From contig CALLJK010000009.1 of assembly GCA_938091745.1 (NCBI GenBank), positions 8,138-72,137 on the forward strand: a stretch of DNA of 64,000 bases. Direction: 5' to 3'. The translations under genes were made by a program, and so were the position numbers. Below the pieces are notes generated by a model that was given only the letters and a program-made list of their open reading frames with translations, searched no databases and had not been told where the DNA came from. Origin of the DNA: Candidatus Bipolaricaulota bacterium (GTDB taxonomy: Bacteria > Bipolaricaulota > Bipolaricaulia > RBG-16-55-9 > DRXL01). This document shows positions 40,145 to 48,577 of the stretch, one piece after another (within the stretch, counting starts at the first letter, position 1; each line of letters opens with the position of its first letter).

Positions 40145-41130
40145 GGCATAGGGGCAGCCGTATTGAGCGCGGTCTCAGCGATATTGACCGAATAGTCTTT
40201 AACGCGCCCGATGCTGTCGAAGGCAATCCCGATGAGCTGAGCTTCTTGAGGAGCAAGGTCCCACAAGAGCTTGATGGCCTTCATGAGGCGCTCTTCGACC
40301 CCTGAGGCCTTGTCGATTACTTGGCTGGCGAGGTCGGGATCGGGCGAGCGGAACGCATCCACAGACTCTTTCAGTAAGTTCGCCACGTGCTCCCCGCCCT
40401 TGTGCAGGGCATCGGCGACCTTGGGTGGGGCAGGAACTTTGATCACCGTCGTCACACGAGCGATCTTGACCGCATGATCGGCGATACGCTCTAGCTGCCG
40501 CGCCACCGTGTGGGTATCGAAGAGCTTGACGCGACTGATGCCCAGCGCTTCTTCGGCGAGCAGATCACGCAACGCGATGCGGAACTGTCTGTAGAGCATC
40601 AAATAGAGACGGTCGACGTCCTCGTCGCGTGCGGCAATATCGTGTGCGAGCTCAGCGTCGTAGTCAGTGAGCGCGCGGACAGCATCGGTGAACATGTCGT
40701 GCACCATTAAGAAGATGCGTTCGAGCGTCTTTGGCGCGGAGAGCTCGGAAAGATTGAGCAGATTATGAATGACGATAGAGTCTCGTGATTCTTCCATGAT
40801 CTCCGGGCCGATGAGGGCTTGGGTGATCTTGCGGATTGTCTGGCGCTGTTCGGGGGTGATGCGCTCCCCGCGGACTTCGATGATGTCAAATCCTGCGACG
40901 TACATGGAGATGAACGCCCGCATAAGGGTGTCGCCGGTTTTAGCATTGAGCTGGAGGACGCCGCGGGTCAGTTGGGAATCGCGGTGCGGTCGCAAAATCA
41001 GCAAATCAGGGCTGTGGGGGTGGAGTTCGATTTCTGCGCCGGCATGGAGCTTTTGCGCTTCAGCCCAGTCTTTCGGCAGGGTGACCATGAACGTCGCCCC
41101 GCCAGTGATCTGCACTCTCCGGGTCTCCAT
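40141..41130 (-). CDS. AbrB-PhoU fusion phosphate uptake regulator (archaeal type)
   Basis: METRRVQITGGATFMVTLPKDWA (AbrB); YVAGFDII; DEDVDRLY, QLERIADHA (PhoU repeats). Confidence 0.85.
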   Translation of the reverse strand: METRRVQITGGATFMVTLPKDWAEAQKLHAGAEIELHPHSPDLLILRPHRDSQLTRGVLQLNAKTGDTLMRAFISMYVAGFDIIEVRGERITPEQRQTIRKITQALIGPEIMEESRDSIVIHNLLNLSELSAPKTLERIFLMVHDMFTDAVRALTDYDAELAHDIAARDEDVDRLYLMLYRQFRIALRDLLAEEALGISRVKLFDTHTVARQLERIADHAVKIARVTTVIKVPAPPKVADALHKGGEHVANLLKESVDAFRSPDPDLASQVIDKASGVEERLMKAIKLLWDLAPQEAQLIGIAFDSIGRVKDYSVNIAETALNTAAPMP

Positions 41131-41160
41131 AGTCCCTCCTGTCTATCGCAATTGGTTCGA

Positions 41161-41224
41161 ATTATAATATATAACTATATAGACTGTCAAGGGGTTGACA
41201 AGGCACGGGCTAGGGGTGTATACT
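41161..41224. promoter_or_regulatory. Back-to-back divergent promoters (AbrB-PhoU regulator / zur)
   Basis: Minus: TTGACA-N18-TATAAT containing CTATATAG; plus: TTGACA-N18-TATACT. Confidence 0.7.
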
Positions 41225-41229
41225 ATAAC

Positions 41230-41244
41230 TGAAAATTTTTTTCA
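41230..41244. promoter_or_regulatory. Zur/Fur box 1
   Basis: TGAAAAT-T-TTTTTCA, 7-1-7. Confidence 0.65.
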
Positions 41245-41256
41245 ATAAGGAGGACT

Positions 41257-41685
41257 ATGAGCATCCTGACGGAGAACTGGGAGGAGCGCCTCAAAGAGCA
41301 GGGCTACAGGATAACCAAGTCTCGTCGCACGGTGCTGGAGGTGCTGGAAGCAAGTCCAATCCGTCTAACGCCAGAAGAGATCTATCGTCGGGCGCGGCGG
41401 CGCCATCGCAAGCTAGGATTGGTCACGGTCTATCGGACTTTGGCCCTATTGGAGAAGCTGAACTTAGTGCAGAGAGTTCATACCGAAGCCGGATGTCGCA
41501 GTTTGACAGCTGTGCGCTTGGACAAAGGACATCATCATCACTTGGTCTGTCGCACCTGCGGCTACGTCGAAGAGTTTCCTGATTGTGCGCTCGGCAGCGT
41601 ACTGCGCAAGCTCCAGGCGCGCACAGGGTTTGCTATCGAATCCCATCATTTGGAGGTGGTCGGCCGATGCCCGAAGTGTCAGTAG
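41257..41685 (+). CDS. zur: Fur family regulator, likely Zur
   Basis: TVYRTL, HHHHLVCRTCG, CPKC; precedes znuACB. Confidence 0.8.
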   Translation: MSILTENWEERLKEQGYRITKSRRTVLEVLEASPIRLTPEEIYRRARRRHRKLGLVTVYRTLALLEKLNLVQRVHTEAGCRSLTAVRLDKGHHHHLVCRTCGYVEEFPDCALGSVLRKLQARTGFAIESHHLEVVGRCPKCQ

Positions 41686-41706
41686 CAATTTTTTGAGCCT
41701 CACAAA

Positions 41707-41721
41707 TGAAATCTATTTTCA
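41707..41721. promoter_or_regulatory. Zur/Fur box 2
   Basis: TGAAATC-T-ATTTTCA, followed by ATAAG as in box 1. Confidence 0.65.
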
Positions 41722-41738
41722 ATAAGAAGGAGGTCGCT

Positions 41739-42626
41739 ATGAAGAAAGTAGCAACGCTTCTCATGGTGCTCATTGTCTTACTCGGATGTGGAGCGGGTGT
41801 AGCGCAGCCCAAGCTCAAGGTCGTGGCGAGCTTCTATATCCCGTATGAGTTCACCAAGAACGTCGGCGGGGATCGCGTTGAAGTCAAAAACTTAGTACCG
41901 GCGGGCGCAGAACCTCACGATTTTGAGCCCTCCCCCGCGGATATTCGGGCGATTGAAGACGCCCAGGTCTTTGTGTATAACGGGGCGTCGATGGAGTCGT
42001 GGGTCGAGCGCGTGCTCTCGGTCATCAAGAACCGTGATAAGCTCGTGGTCATCGAAGCGACCAAGGGGCTGCCCTTGCGCAAGGCCGAGGAAGAAGAGCT
42101 TGAGTTCGACCCTCATGTCTGGACGGACCCGATTCTGGCCAAAGAGATGGTGAAGAATATTCGCGACGGCTTGATCACGGCCGACAGCGTGGGTAGCTCG
42201 GTCTACATTGAGAACGCTCAGAATTACAATACCAAGCTCGATGCGCTCGACGCTCAAATTCGCGAGGGCGTGAAGGTCTGTCGGCTGCGGGACTTTATTA
42301 TCTCGCATAGATTTATGGATTATTTCGCGGCTCGATATAATCTGACGGCGCATTCAATTTCGGGGCTGGAGCCCAGCGAGCCGACCCCCCAGCGCCTGGC
42401 CGAGCTGATTCGCTTGGGCAAGGAGAAGGGTATCAAATATATCTTTGCCGAGAGATCCGACGCGCTCAAGGCCCTCGCAGTTCTGGCGCGCGAGCTGGGC
42501 GCGCAGATTCTGACGCTCAACACCGGGCACAGCGTCACTGAAGAAGAAGAGCGTGCGGGGAGGAACTATCTGGTGCTCATGGAAGAGAATCTTAAGAATT
42601 TACGAATCGGGCTGGAGTGCCGATGA
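41739..42626 (+). CDS. znuA: Zn/Mn ABC substrate-binding protein
   Basis: EPHDFEP, DPHVWTDP, SH. Confidence 0.85.
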   Translation: MKKVATLLMVLIVLLGCGAGVAQPKLKVVASFYIPYEFTKNVGGDRVEVKNLVPAGAEPHDFEPSPADIRAIEDAQVFVYNGASMESWVERVLSVIKNRDKLVVIEATKGLPLRKAEEEELEFDPHVWTDPILAKEMVKNIRDGLITADSVGSSVYIENAQNYNTKLDALDAQIREGVKVCRLRDFIISHRFMDYFAARYNLTAHSISGLEPSEPTPQRLAELIRLGKEKGIKYIFAERSDALKALAVLARELGAQILTLNTGHSVTEEEERAGRNYLVLMEENLKNLRIGLECR

Positions 42627-43375
42627 GCGATTCTGTCGTTGAGATCGAAAATCTCTGGTTCAGCTACGGTGCTGAGCCGGTGCTCGAGGGCGTCTCGCTC
42701 ACGGTCACGCGGGGGGAGATCCTCGGGCTGATCGGCCCTAACGGCTCTGGAAAGACGACGCTGCTGAAAGTGATCTTGGGGCTGCTCACCCCTCAACGGG
42801 GGACGATCCGGCTCTTTGGGCAAGAGCTGAGACGCTTTCGTGAGCGCGCACGGGTGGGGTATGTGCGCCAGCGCAGCTGGGACTTCGAGCGCAATTTCCC
42901 TGCTTCTGTAGAGGAGCTCGTGCGCCTGGGGCGGGTGCCGCGCTTGCGCTGGGGCCTGTGGAGCCGTGCTGACACCGCAGCTGTGGAGCGGGCCATGCGC
43001 GCTGTACACATAGAAGAGCTGCGCGCGCGCCCCATCAGCGAGCTCTCTGGGGGCCAGCAGCAGCGGGTTTTTCTCGCGCGTGTCTTATCCCAGGAGCCTG
43101 AGCTCTTATTGTTGGACGAGCCAACGGCTGCCATCGACCCCGCTGTCGAAGCCGAGTTCTACGAACTCTTAGCTCAGCTCAACCGCGAGCAGGGCTTGAC
43201 TATTCTCTTGGTCTCTCACGACATTGAAGCTATTGTCAAGCAAGTGACGAAGATCGCGTGCTTAAACAGAAAATTGCTCTTCTGTGGGACGCCCCAAGAG
43301 TGCTTGGCCAGCGACCTCTTAGAGAGGGTTTACGCGGGGAGAAAGCTTGTGCAGCATCAGCATCCGTGGGGGTAA
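42623..43375 (+). CDS. znuC: Zn/Mn ABC ATPase
   Basis: [23 protein letters not shown]. Confidence 0.85.
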   Translation: MSDSVVEIENLWFSYGAEPVLEGVSLTVTRGEILGLIGPNGSGKTTLLKVILGLLTPQRGTIRLFGQELRRFRERARVGYVRQRSWDFERNFPASVEELVRLGRVPRLRWGLWSRADTAAVERAMRAVHIEELRARPISELSGGQQQRVFLARVLSQEPELLLLDEPTAAIDPAVEAEFYELLAQLNREQGLTILLVSHDIEAIVKQVTKIACLNRKLLFCGTPQECLASDLLERVYAGRKLVQHQHPWG

Positions 43376-43377
43376 GT

Positions 43378-44205
43378 ATGTTTGAGATCTTCGAGTTCGA
43401 ATTTATGAGATTGGCGTTTGTTGGGGGGACGATCATTGGGGTGCTCGCCCCGACGATCGGGATCTTTTTGGTGCTACGACGCTATGGGCTTATCGGTGAT
43501 GGATTGGGACACATTGCGTTTGGGGGCGTGGCATTTGGGCAGCTTGTGCGAGCTGACCCGACTCTGATGGCGCTCTCGTACTCGGCACTCGCTGCTCTTG
43601 GGATTGAGCGCCTGCGCGCGAAGGGGCGCTTAGGTGGCGATGTCGCTATCGCGATCTTCCTCTCGTCGGGGTTGGCTTTAGGACTAGTCTTAGCGCGCCT
43701 GGCGCGACGGTCTACAGATCAATTATGGGGGTATCTCTTTGGCAGCGTGATCGCGCTCCAGCCCAGCGATATCGTGCAGATCGCATTGATAGCGTTCTGT
43801 GTGATTGGGACGCTCTTTGTTGTGCGCCGTGAGCTCTTCTTCATCACGTTTGATGAAGAGACGGCACGGGCTTCGGGAATCCGCGTCGGCTTCTATAATA
43901 TTTTATTAGTGCTCCTAGCAGCGCTCACCGTGGTCTCTGCCATTCAGATAGTCGGGTTGCTCTTGATCTCAGCGCTGTTGGTCCTGCCGGTGGCGGCGTC
44001 ATTACAGATCGCGCGCAGCTTCCGTCAGGCACTCTTTACGGCGATCGGGTGTAGCCTGGTGTCGGTCTATGGTGGGCTGATCGGATCGTATTATTTGGAT
44101 ACCCAGCCAGGACCGACAATCGTCTTGACGGCGTTGCTTGTCTTTGTGCTTGCAAGCGCGGTGCGCCTCGTCTGGAGGCCCTCACCCCTAGCCCCTCTCC
44201 CGTGA
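43378..44205 (+). CDS. znuB: Zn/Mn ABC permease
   Basis: GDGLGHIAFGG, YLFGS, FDEETA. Confidence 0.85.
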   Translation: MFEIFEFEFMRLAFVGGTIIGVLAPTIGIFLVLRRYGLIGDGLGHIAFGGVAFGQLVRADPTLMALSYSALAALGIERLRAKGRLGGDVAIAIFLSSGLALGLVLARLARRSTDQLWGYLFGSVIALQPSDIVQIALIAFCVIGTLFVVRRELFFITFDEETARASGIRVGFYNILLVLLAALTVVSAIQIVGLLLISALLVLPVAASLQIARSFRQALFTAIGCSLVSVYGGLIGSYYLDTQPGPTIVLTALLVFVLASAVRLVWRPSPLAPLP

Positions 44206-44246
44206 GTCTCACGGGAGAGGGGTGCCGTCAGGCGGGGTGAGGGCCT
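44176..44246. repeat. BoxC/REP-like nested palindrome, copy 3
   Basis: AGGCCCTCACCCC..CCCCTCTCCCGTGAG-CTCACGGGAGAGGGG..GGGGTGAGGGCCT. Confidence 0.75.
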
Positions 44247-44903
44247 TCAGCGCGTCTTAGCGCTGCGTAGGTACTCTTTTATGGTATTAAAGATCACCTG
44301 TGCGACCGTCCATTGATACGTGAAGCTGCGCAGGCTCATCTCTTCAGCAGGGTTTGTCAAAAACCCCGTCTCGATGAGCACGGCGGGCATCTCGGCCCAC
44401 CGGATGAAGAGCGTTTGGTGTTTGATCCCTCGGTCAGTGACGCCCAGCGCGCGCGTGAGGCGTTTTTGTAGGAGCAGTGCTAAGGTACGACTCTGTGGGT
44501 AGGTGGGAAGATTTGTATCGTCGTGGACTAAGACCTCAATGCCGTTGGCTGCAGCATGACGCGGGTGCGCGTTGGCGTGAATAGAGACGAAGAGATCGGC
44601 TCGCAGACGATTGGCCAAGCCGGTGCGCTCGCGATGTGGGACGTAGACGTCTTCAGAGCGCGTCAGCACAATAGAGATTTCATCATCGTACAGCCCTAAG
44701 AGTCGGATAAAACGCGCGATATCAAGATTGATATCTTTCTCTTGGGTGCCGTAGTAGCCGATAGCGCCGGGGTCCCAGCCGCCGTGTCCGGGGTCGATGA
44801 CGACTAAGAAGCGCTTGGCTTGGCTCTGGCCGATCTGGCCCCATCCGCAGATGCAGACCAAAACTATCACAAAGACGAATGCTTTTGCTGTCAGGGCCTT
44901 CAT
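44247..44903 (-). CDS. N-acetylmuramoyl-L-alanine amidase (Amidase_3)
   Basis: IDPGHGG, EKDINL, SIHAN, LIETGF. Confidence 0.93.
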   Translation of the reverse strand: MKALTAKAFVFVIVLVCICGWGQIGQSQAKRFLVVIDPGHGGWDPGAIGYYGTQEKDINLDIARFIRLLGLYDDEISIVLTRSEDVYVPHRERTGLANRLRADLFVSIHANAHPRHAAANGIEVLVHDDTNLPTYPQSRTLALLLQKRLTRALGVTDRGIKHQTLFIRWAEMPAVLIETGFLTNPAEEMSLRSFTYQWTVAQVIFNTIKEYLRSAKTR

Positions 44904-45116
44904 GAGCCACAGTATACCGAATGAAGGAGAGCTCAGACTATAATCGGCATTACATTGAGCCGCACGAAGGAGCCCTTTCGCTGATAAAATGGGGGCATTG
45001 CTCGCTTATCCCCCTCATTTGACAAGAGTGCCTCCCCTCCAGTATAATATAGTGAAAGTGCGCTTTATATATAGAACAGCGCATTACTATAAACACTCCC
45101 AGAGGAGGTAGGGACT

Positions 45117-46157
45117 ATGCGGATATGGTGTGCGCGTCGGGTCGTCGGTTTGATGGGTCTGTTGGCCGTTGGGGTCTTGTTGGGAAGCTTGGTTGTGGGC
45201 TTCCCTGGGGTGTCGCAGCAGGGGTTGATCCCTGAAGAGCTTGTTGTGGGCATGGTGCCCTCGCGCGCGGCGACGATCTTGCAGCCCCCAGTAGAAGGCC
45301 TCGCAAAACTGGTGTTGGACTACGTCCAGAAGAACGGCTTCTCTCAGGTGAAGCGCGTGCGCGCGGTCATCCCCGAGTCCTATCCGGCGACAATAGAAGC
45401 CATCGGTGCGGAGAAGATCCATGTCGGGCTGCTGGGGCCGTTCCAGATCGTCCAAGTCGTGGATAGCTACGGGGCCATCCCCATCAACGTCACCAAGCGC
45501 GGAAACAACTTGACGTTCCGCGCCCAGTTCATGGTGCATGTCGACAGCTCGCTCAAAGCCCTCAAGGACGACAATCAAGACCCCAAGGACGACCTGGTGG
45601 GCTTAGTCAAATCCGGGGCGACCGTGAGATTCAGTTACGGCGGCAGCTCCACGTCAACCTCGGGCTTTCTCTTCCCCTGCAAGACCCTCAAAGACTTGGG
45701 GATCCTGCCAGGAGACTATAAGAACTTCAAGACGATCCGCGCTGCCAATCACTTAGCCTCGGCCATCGCTGTCTACAAGAAGGACGTGGATGTGGGCGTC
45801 GGGTTCGACGATGTGCGCCAGAGCCTCAACACCGAGCAGACTAAGAAAGAATTGGGCTGGAAGCCCGGCGACCCCGAACCCAGCACCAAAGTGAACGTCA
45901 TCGGCTACAGCGATGACATCCCCAACGACGGCATCGTCGCTATTAAAGCATTAGATGCCAAGCTGCGCGAGACGATCAAACAAGCGTTCGTCGAGGTCAT
46001 GAAGACCGAAGAGGGCAAGAAGTTCGGCAAGGACGCGCTCGATGCCACGGACTTTGTCGCCGTCCCTGAGGGCTACGATATGCTGAAAGCCCTCGAAGCC
46101 GTGCGCGTCGTGGCCAAGGAGATCCAGCCCAACTTAGCTAAGTGCGAGAATCAGTAA
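45117..46157 (+). CDS. phnD: Phosphate/phosphite/phosphonate ABC binding protein
   Basis: SYPATIEAI, STSTSGFLFP, NH, IPNDG. Confidence 0.8.
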   Translation: MRIWCARRVVGLMGLLAVGVLLGSLVVGFPGVSQQGLIPEELVVGMVPSRAATILQPPVEGLAKLVLDYVQKNGFSQVKRVRAVIPESYPATIEAIGAEKIHVGLLGPFQIVQVVDSYGAIPINVTKRGNNLTFRAQFMVHVDSSLKALKDDNQDPKDDLVGLVKSGATVRFSYGGSSTSTSGFLFPCKTLKDLGILPGDYKNFKTIRAANHLASAIAVYKKDVDVGVGFDDVRQSLNTEQTKKELGWKPGDPEPSTKVNVIGYSDDIPNDGIVAIKALDAKLRETIKQAFVEVMKTEEGKKFGKDALDATDFVAVPEGYDMLKALEAVRVVAKEIQPNLAKCENQ

Positions 46158-46175
46158 GCGTTCATAGCAGCAGTG

Positions 46176-46208
46176 AGAGGGGGCAGGGCGAAGCCCTGTC
46201 CCCTCTTT
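46176..46208 (+). terminator. Stem-loop after phnD
   Basis: AGAGGGGGCAGGGC-GAA-GCCCTGTCCCCTCT then TT. Confidence 0.65.
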
Positions 46209-46245
46209 GCGTTCTCACCCTACGTTGGTTTAAAATACGGTGAGC

Positions 46246-47031
46246 ATGACTGCGCCTATCTTGCGTGTTCATAACCTCACGGTGATCTATCCTGGGGTGC
46301 AACCCGTCAAAGCCCTCGATAATGTGAACGTGGAGATCTACCCTGGGGAGTTTGTCGTCGTCGCTGGGGTTTCCGGATCGGGGAAATCGACGCTCTTGCG
46401 CGCGATCAATCGCCTAGCAGAGAACGATCACGCGCAGATCCACGGGGAGATTTACTTCGACGGCGTCAACGTCTTAAAAGCTTCCCGGCGACAACTCCGC
46501 GAGATCCGCTCGCGCATTGGATTTATCTTTCAAGAGTATAACGTAGTTGAGCGGTTGCCGGTATTGACGAACGCTTTGGTAGGCTCGCTCGGATACGTTG
46601 GACTTGTACGCTCCTTGCTGGGACGGTTCCCCAAAGAGCAGATCGAGCGGGCGCACCACGCATTAGTGCGCGTGGGGATCCCTCAGCCACGGCATGGTGA
46701 TCGCGCCGCGCGGCTGTCGGGTGGGCAGAAGCAGCGCGTGGGCATCGCGCGAGCTCTGTTGCAGAAGCCCAAGCTCATCTTGGCTGACGAGCCCGTTGCT
46801 TCGCTCGATCCCATCACGGCGAACGTCGTCATGAATATCTTCAAAAAAATTAACGAAGACGAGGGGATCACGACGATCGTAAATTTGCATGACCCTGTCT
46901 TGACGTTCAAATACGGCAAGAGAATTATCGGGCTCAAACACGGGCGGATCATCTACGATAAGCCCATTACCGCGATCAATCGCGAGACGTTCGAAGAAGA
47001 TATCTATGGCACAGTGGACAGAGAGGGCTAG
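46246..47031 (+). CDS. phnC: Phosphonate-type ABC ATPase
   Basis: GVSGSGKST, LSGGQKQRV, ADEPVASLDP, VNLH. Confidence 0.88.
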   Translation: MTAPILRVHNLTVIYPGVQPVKALDNVNVEIYPGEFVVVAGVSGSGKSTLLRAINRLAENDHAQIHGEIYFDGVNVLKASRRQLREIRSRIGFIFQEYNVVERLPVLTNALVGSLGYVGLVRSLLGRFPKEQIERAHHALVRVGIPQPRHGDRAARLSGGQKQRVGIARALLQKPKLILADEPVASLDPITANVVMNIFKKINEDEGITTIVNLHDPVLTFKYGKRIIGLKHGRIIYDKPITAINRETFEEDIYGTVDREG

Positions 47032-48577
47032 AGGGGAGATCTGGCTCAGGCGCCTAGGGTTTTTTCTTGGGCTGCTCTTTCTTATTGCTCTCTATGGGTG
47101 GGCGCTGCGGGGCGTCGAATTCGACCTCTCATCTATTTTCAAATACGGCGGGAAATTCTTTGAGCTTTTAGGACGAATGTACCCCCCGGATTTCTCCGCG
47201 CTGCCCCAACTCGTGCGCCCGTTGCTGCAGACCCTCCAGATGGCTACGTTGGGGACGTTCTTTGGGGCGCTGATGGCGCTGCCATTGGTCGTCTTCGGGT
47301 CGCAGCTGGTCGTGCGCTCGGCGCTGATCTACTGGCCGGTACGCATGATTATGAATATTCTGCGCACCATTCCGGATCTGCTCTATGCGGTCTTGTTCGT
47401 CGCGGCGATGGGGTTTGGGCCGGCAGCTGGAGTAGGGGCGCTCTCGTTCTTCGCTTGTGCGATCATTGCCAAGCTCACGTCAGAGTCAGCAGACAATATC
47501 AATCCCAAGCCCATTGAAGCCGTCGAAGCTGTCGGTGCAGGAAAACTTCAAGTCATTCGCTATGCCGTTTTGCCCCAGCTTATCCCGGCGTTTATCGACC
47601 ACGTCATTTACGTCTTTGAGCTGAACGTGCGTGTCTCTGCCGTGATGGGCTACGTAGGCGCTGGGGGCATGGGAATGCAGTTGACGACGGCGATGGAGTG
47701 GCGCAATTACTCACAAGTGCTGACCATTGCCCTCTTGATCTTCGCGCTGGTCATCGTCATTGATCTTGTAGCCAATCGCATTCGCGACGCGTTCGTACAG
47801 GGGATTGTCCTGCCGCGTCCGCTGAGATTTCTCGGCTTGAGCGTCGTTGCTACTCTGATCGTGTGGTCATTTATCTCACTAGAAGTCGATTTCAATCGGC
47901 TGGTCAAGGGCTTCGATTACTTTAGAAATCTTGTTTGGGCGATCGTCACCGATCCGGCGACCGAGTATTTTGAATTAGCCGTTCAGCGCATGATCCAATC
48001 GTTGCAGATTGCTCTTGTGGGCACGACCATCAGCTTCTTGCTCTCAGTCCCTCTCGGGTTTTTAGCGGCGCGCCGCCACGTGGGGATGCCCGTGGCTTTT
48101 GCCGTGGGCATGAAGCAGATTCCCAACATCATTCGCGCATTTCCTGAGTTGATCTTGGCGATCTTCTTCATCGCGACGTTTGGGCCGGGGCCGCTCCCTG
48201 GAGTCTTAGCGATAGCAATTCACTCCATTGGGATGTTGGGGAAATTTAACGCCGAGATCGTCGAAAAAATCCGCAAGGAGCCTGTAGAAGCGTTGCAATC
48301 ATCTGGGGCCTCGCGGTTGCAAGTCTTTCGTTATGCGGTCTTGCCCCAGGTGCTTCCGGAGTTCTTAGCACTCTTTATTTATAGATTTGAGATCAATGTG
48401 CGAGCGGCCTCGGTCTTGGGGATTGTCGGGGCTGGGGGAATTGGGTCGCTTATTAACGAAGCGCAATCGTACCGGGCGTGGGATATCGTAGGGATCTGTC
48501 TCGTTGTGATCATTCCTACGGTCATGGTCATTGATTTTCTCAGTGCGCGTATTCGCAAGAAGCTGATAGAGGGCTAG
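47006..48577 (+). CDS. phnE: Phosphonate-type ABC permease, two PhnE domains fused
   Basis: RTIPDL..FELNVR..GAGGMG and RAFPEL..FEINVR..GAGGIG. Confidence 0.88.
   Translation: MAQWTERARGEIWLRRLGFFLGLLFLIALYGWALRGVEFDLSSIFKYGGKFFELLGRMYPPDFSALPQLVRPLLQTLQMATLGTFFGALMALPLVVFGSQLVVRSALIYWPVRMIMNILRTIPDLLYAVLFVAAMGFGPAAGVGALSFFACAIIAKLTSESADNINPKPIEAVEAVGAGKLQVIRYAVLPQLIPAFIDHVIYVFELNVRVSAVMGYVGAGGMGMQLTTAMEWRNYSQVLTIALLIFALVIVIDLVANRIRDAFVQGIVLPRPLRFLGLSVVATLIVWSFISLEVDFNRLVKGFDYFRNLVWAIVTDPATEYFELAVQRMIQSLQIALVGTTISFLLSVPLGFLAARRHVGMPVAFAVGMKQIPNIIRAFPELILAIFFIATFGPGPLPGVLAIAIHSIGMLGKFNAEIVEKIRKEPVEALQSSGASRLQVFRYAVLPQVLPEFLALFIYRFEINVRAASVLGIVGAGGIGSLINEAQSYRAWDIVGICLVVIIPTVMVIDFLSARIRKKLIEG

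Noticed and set aside
5717-48577. Repeated overlaps of convergent gene ends (5717, 8153, 14897, 23418, 28556, 40141, 48574)
   Set aside because: Consistent with a compact genome; not a specific signal.
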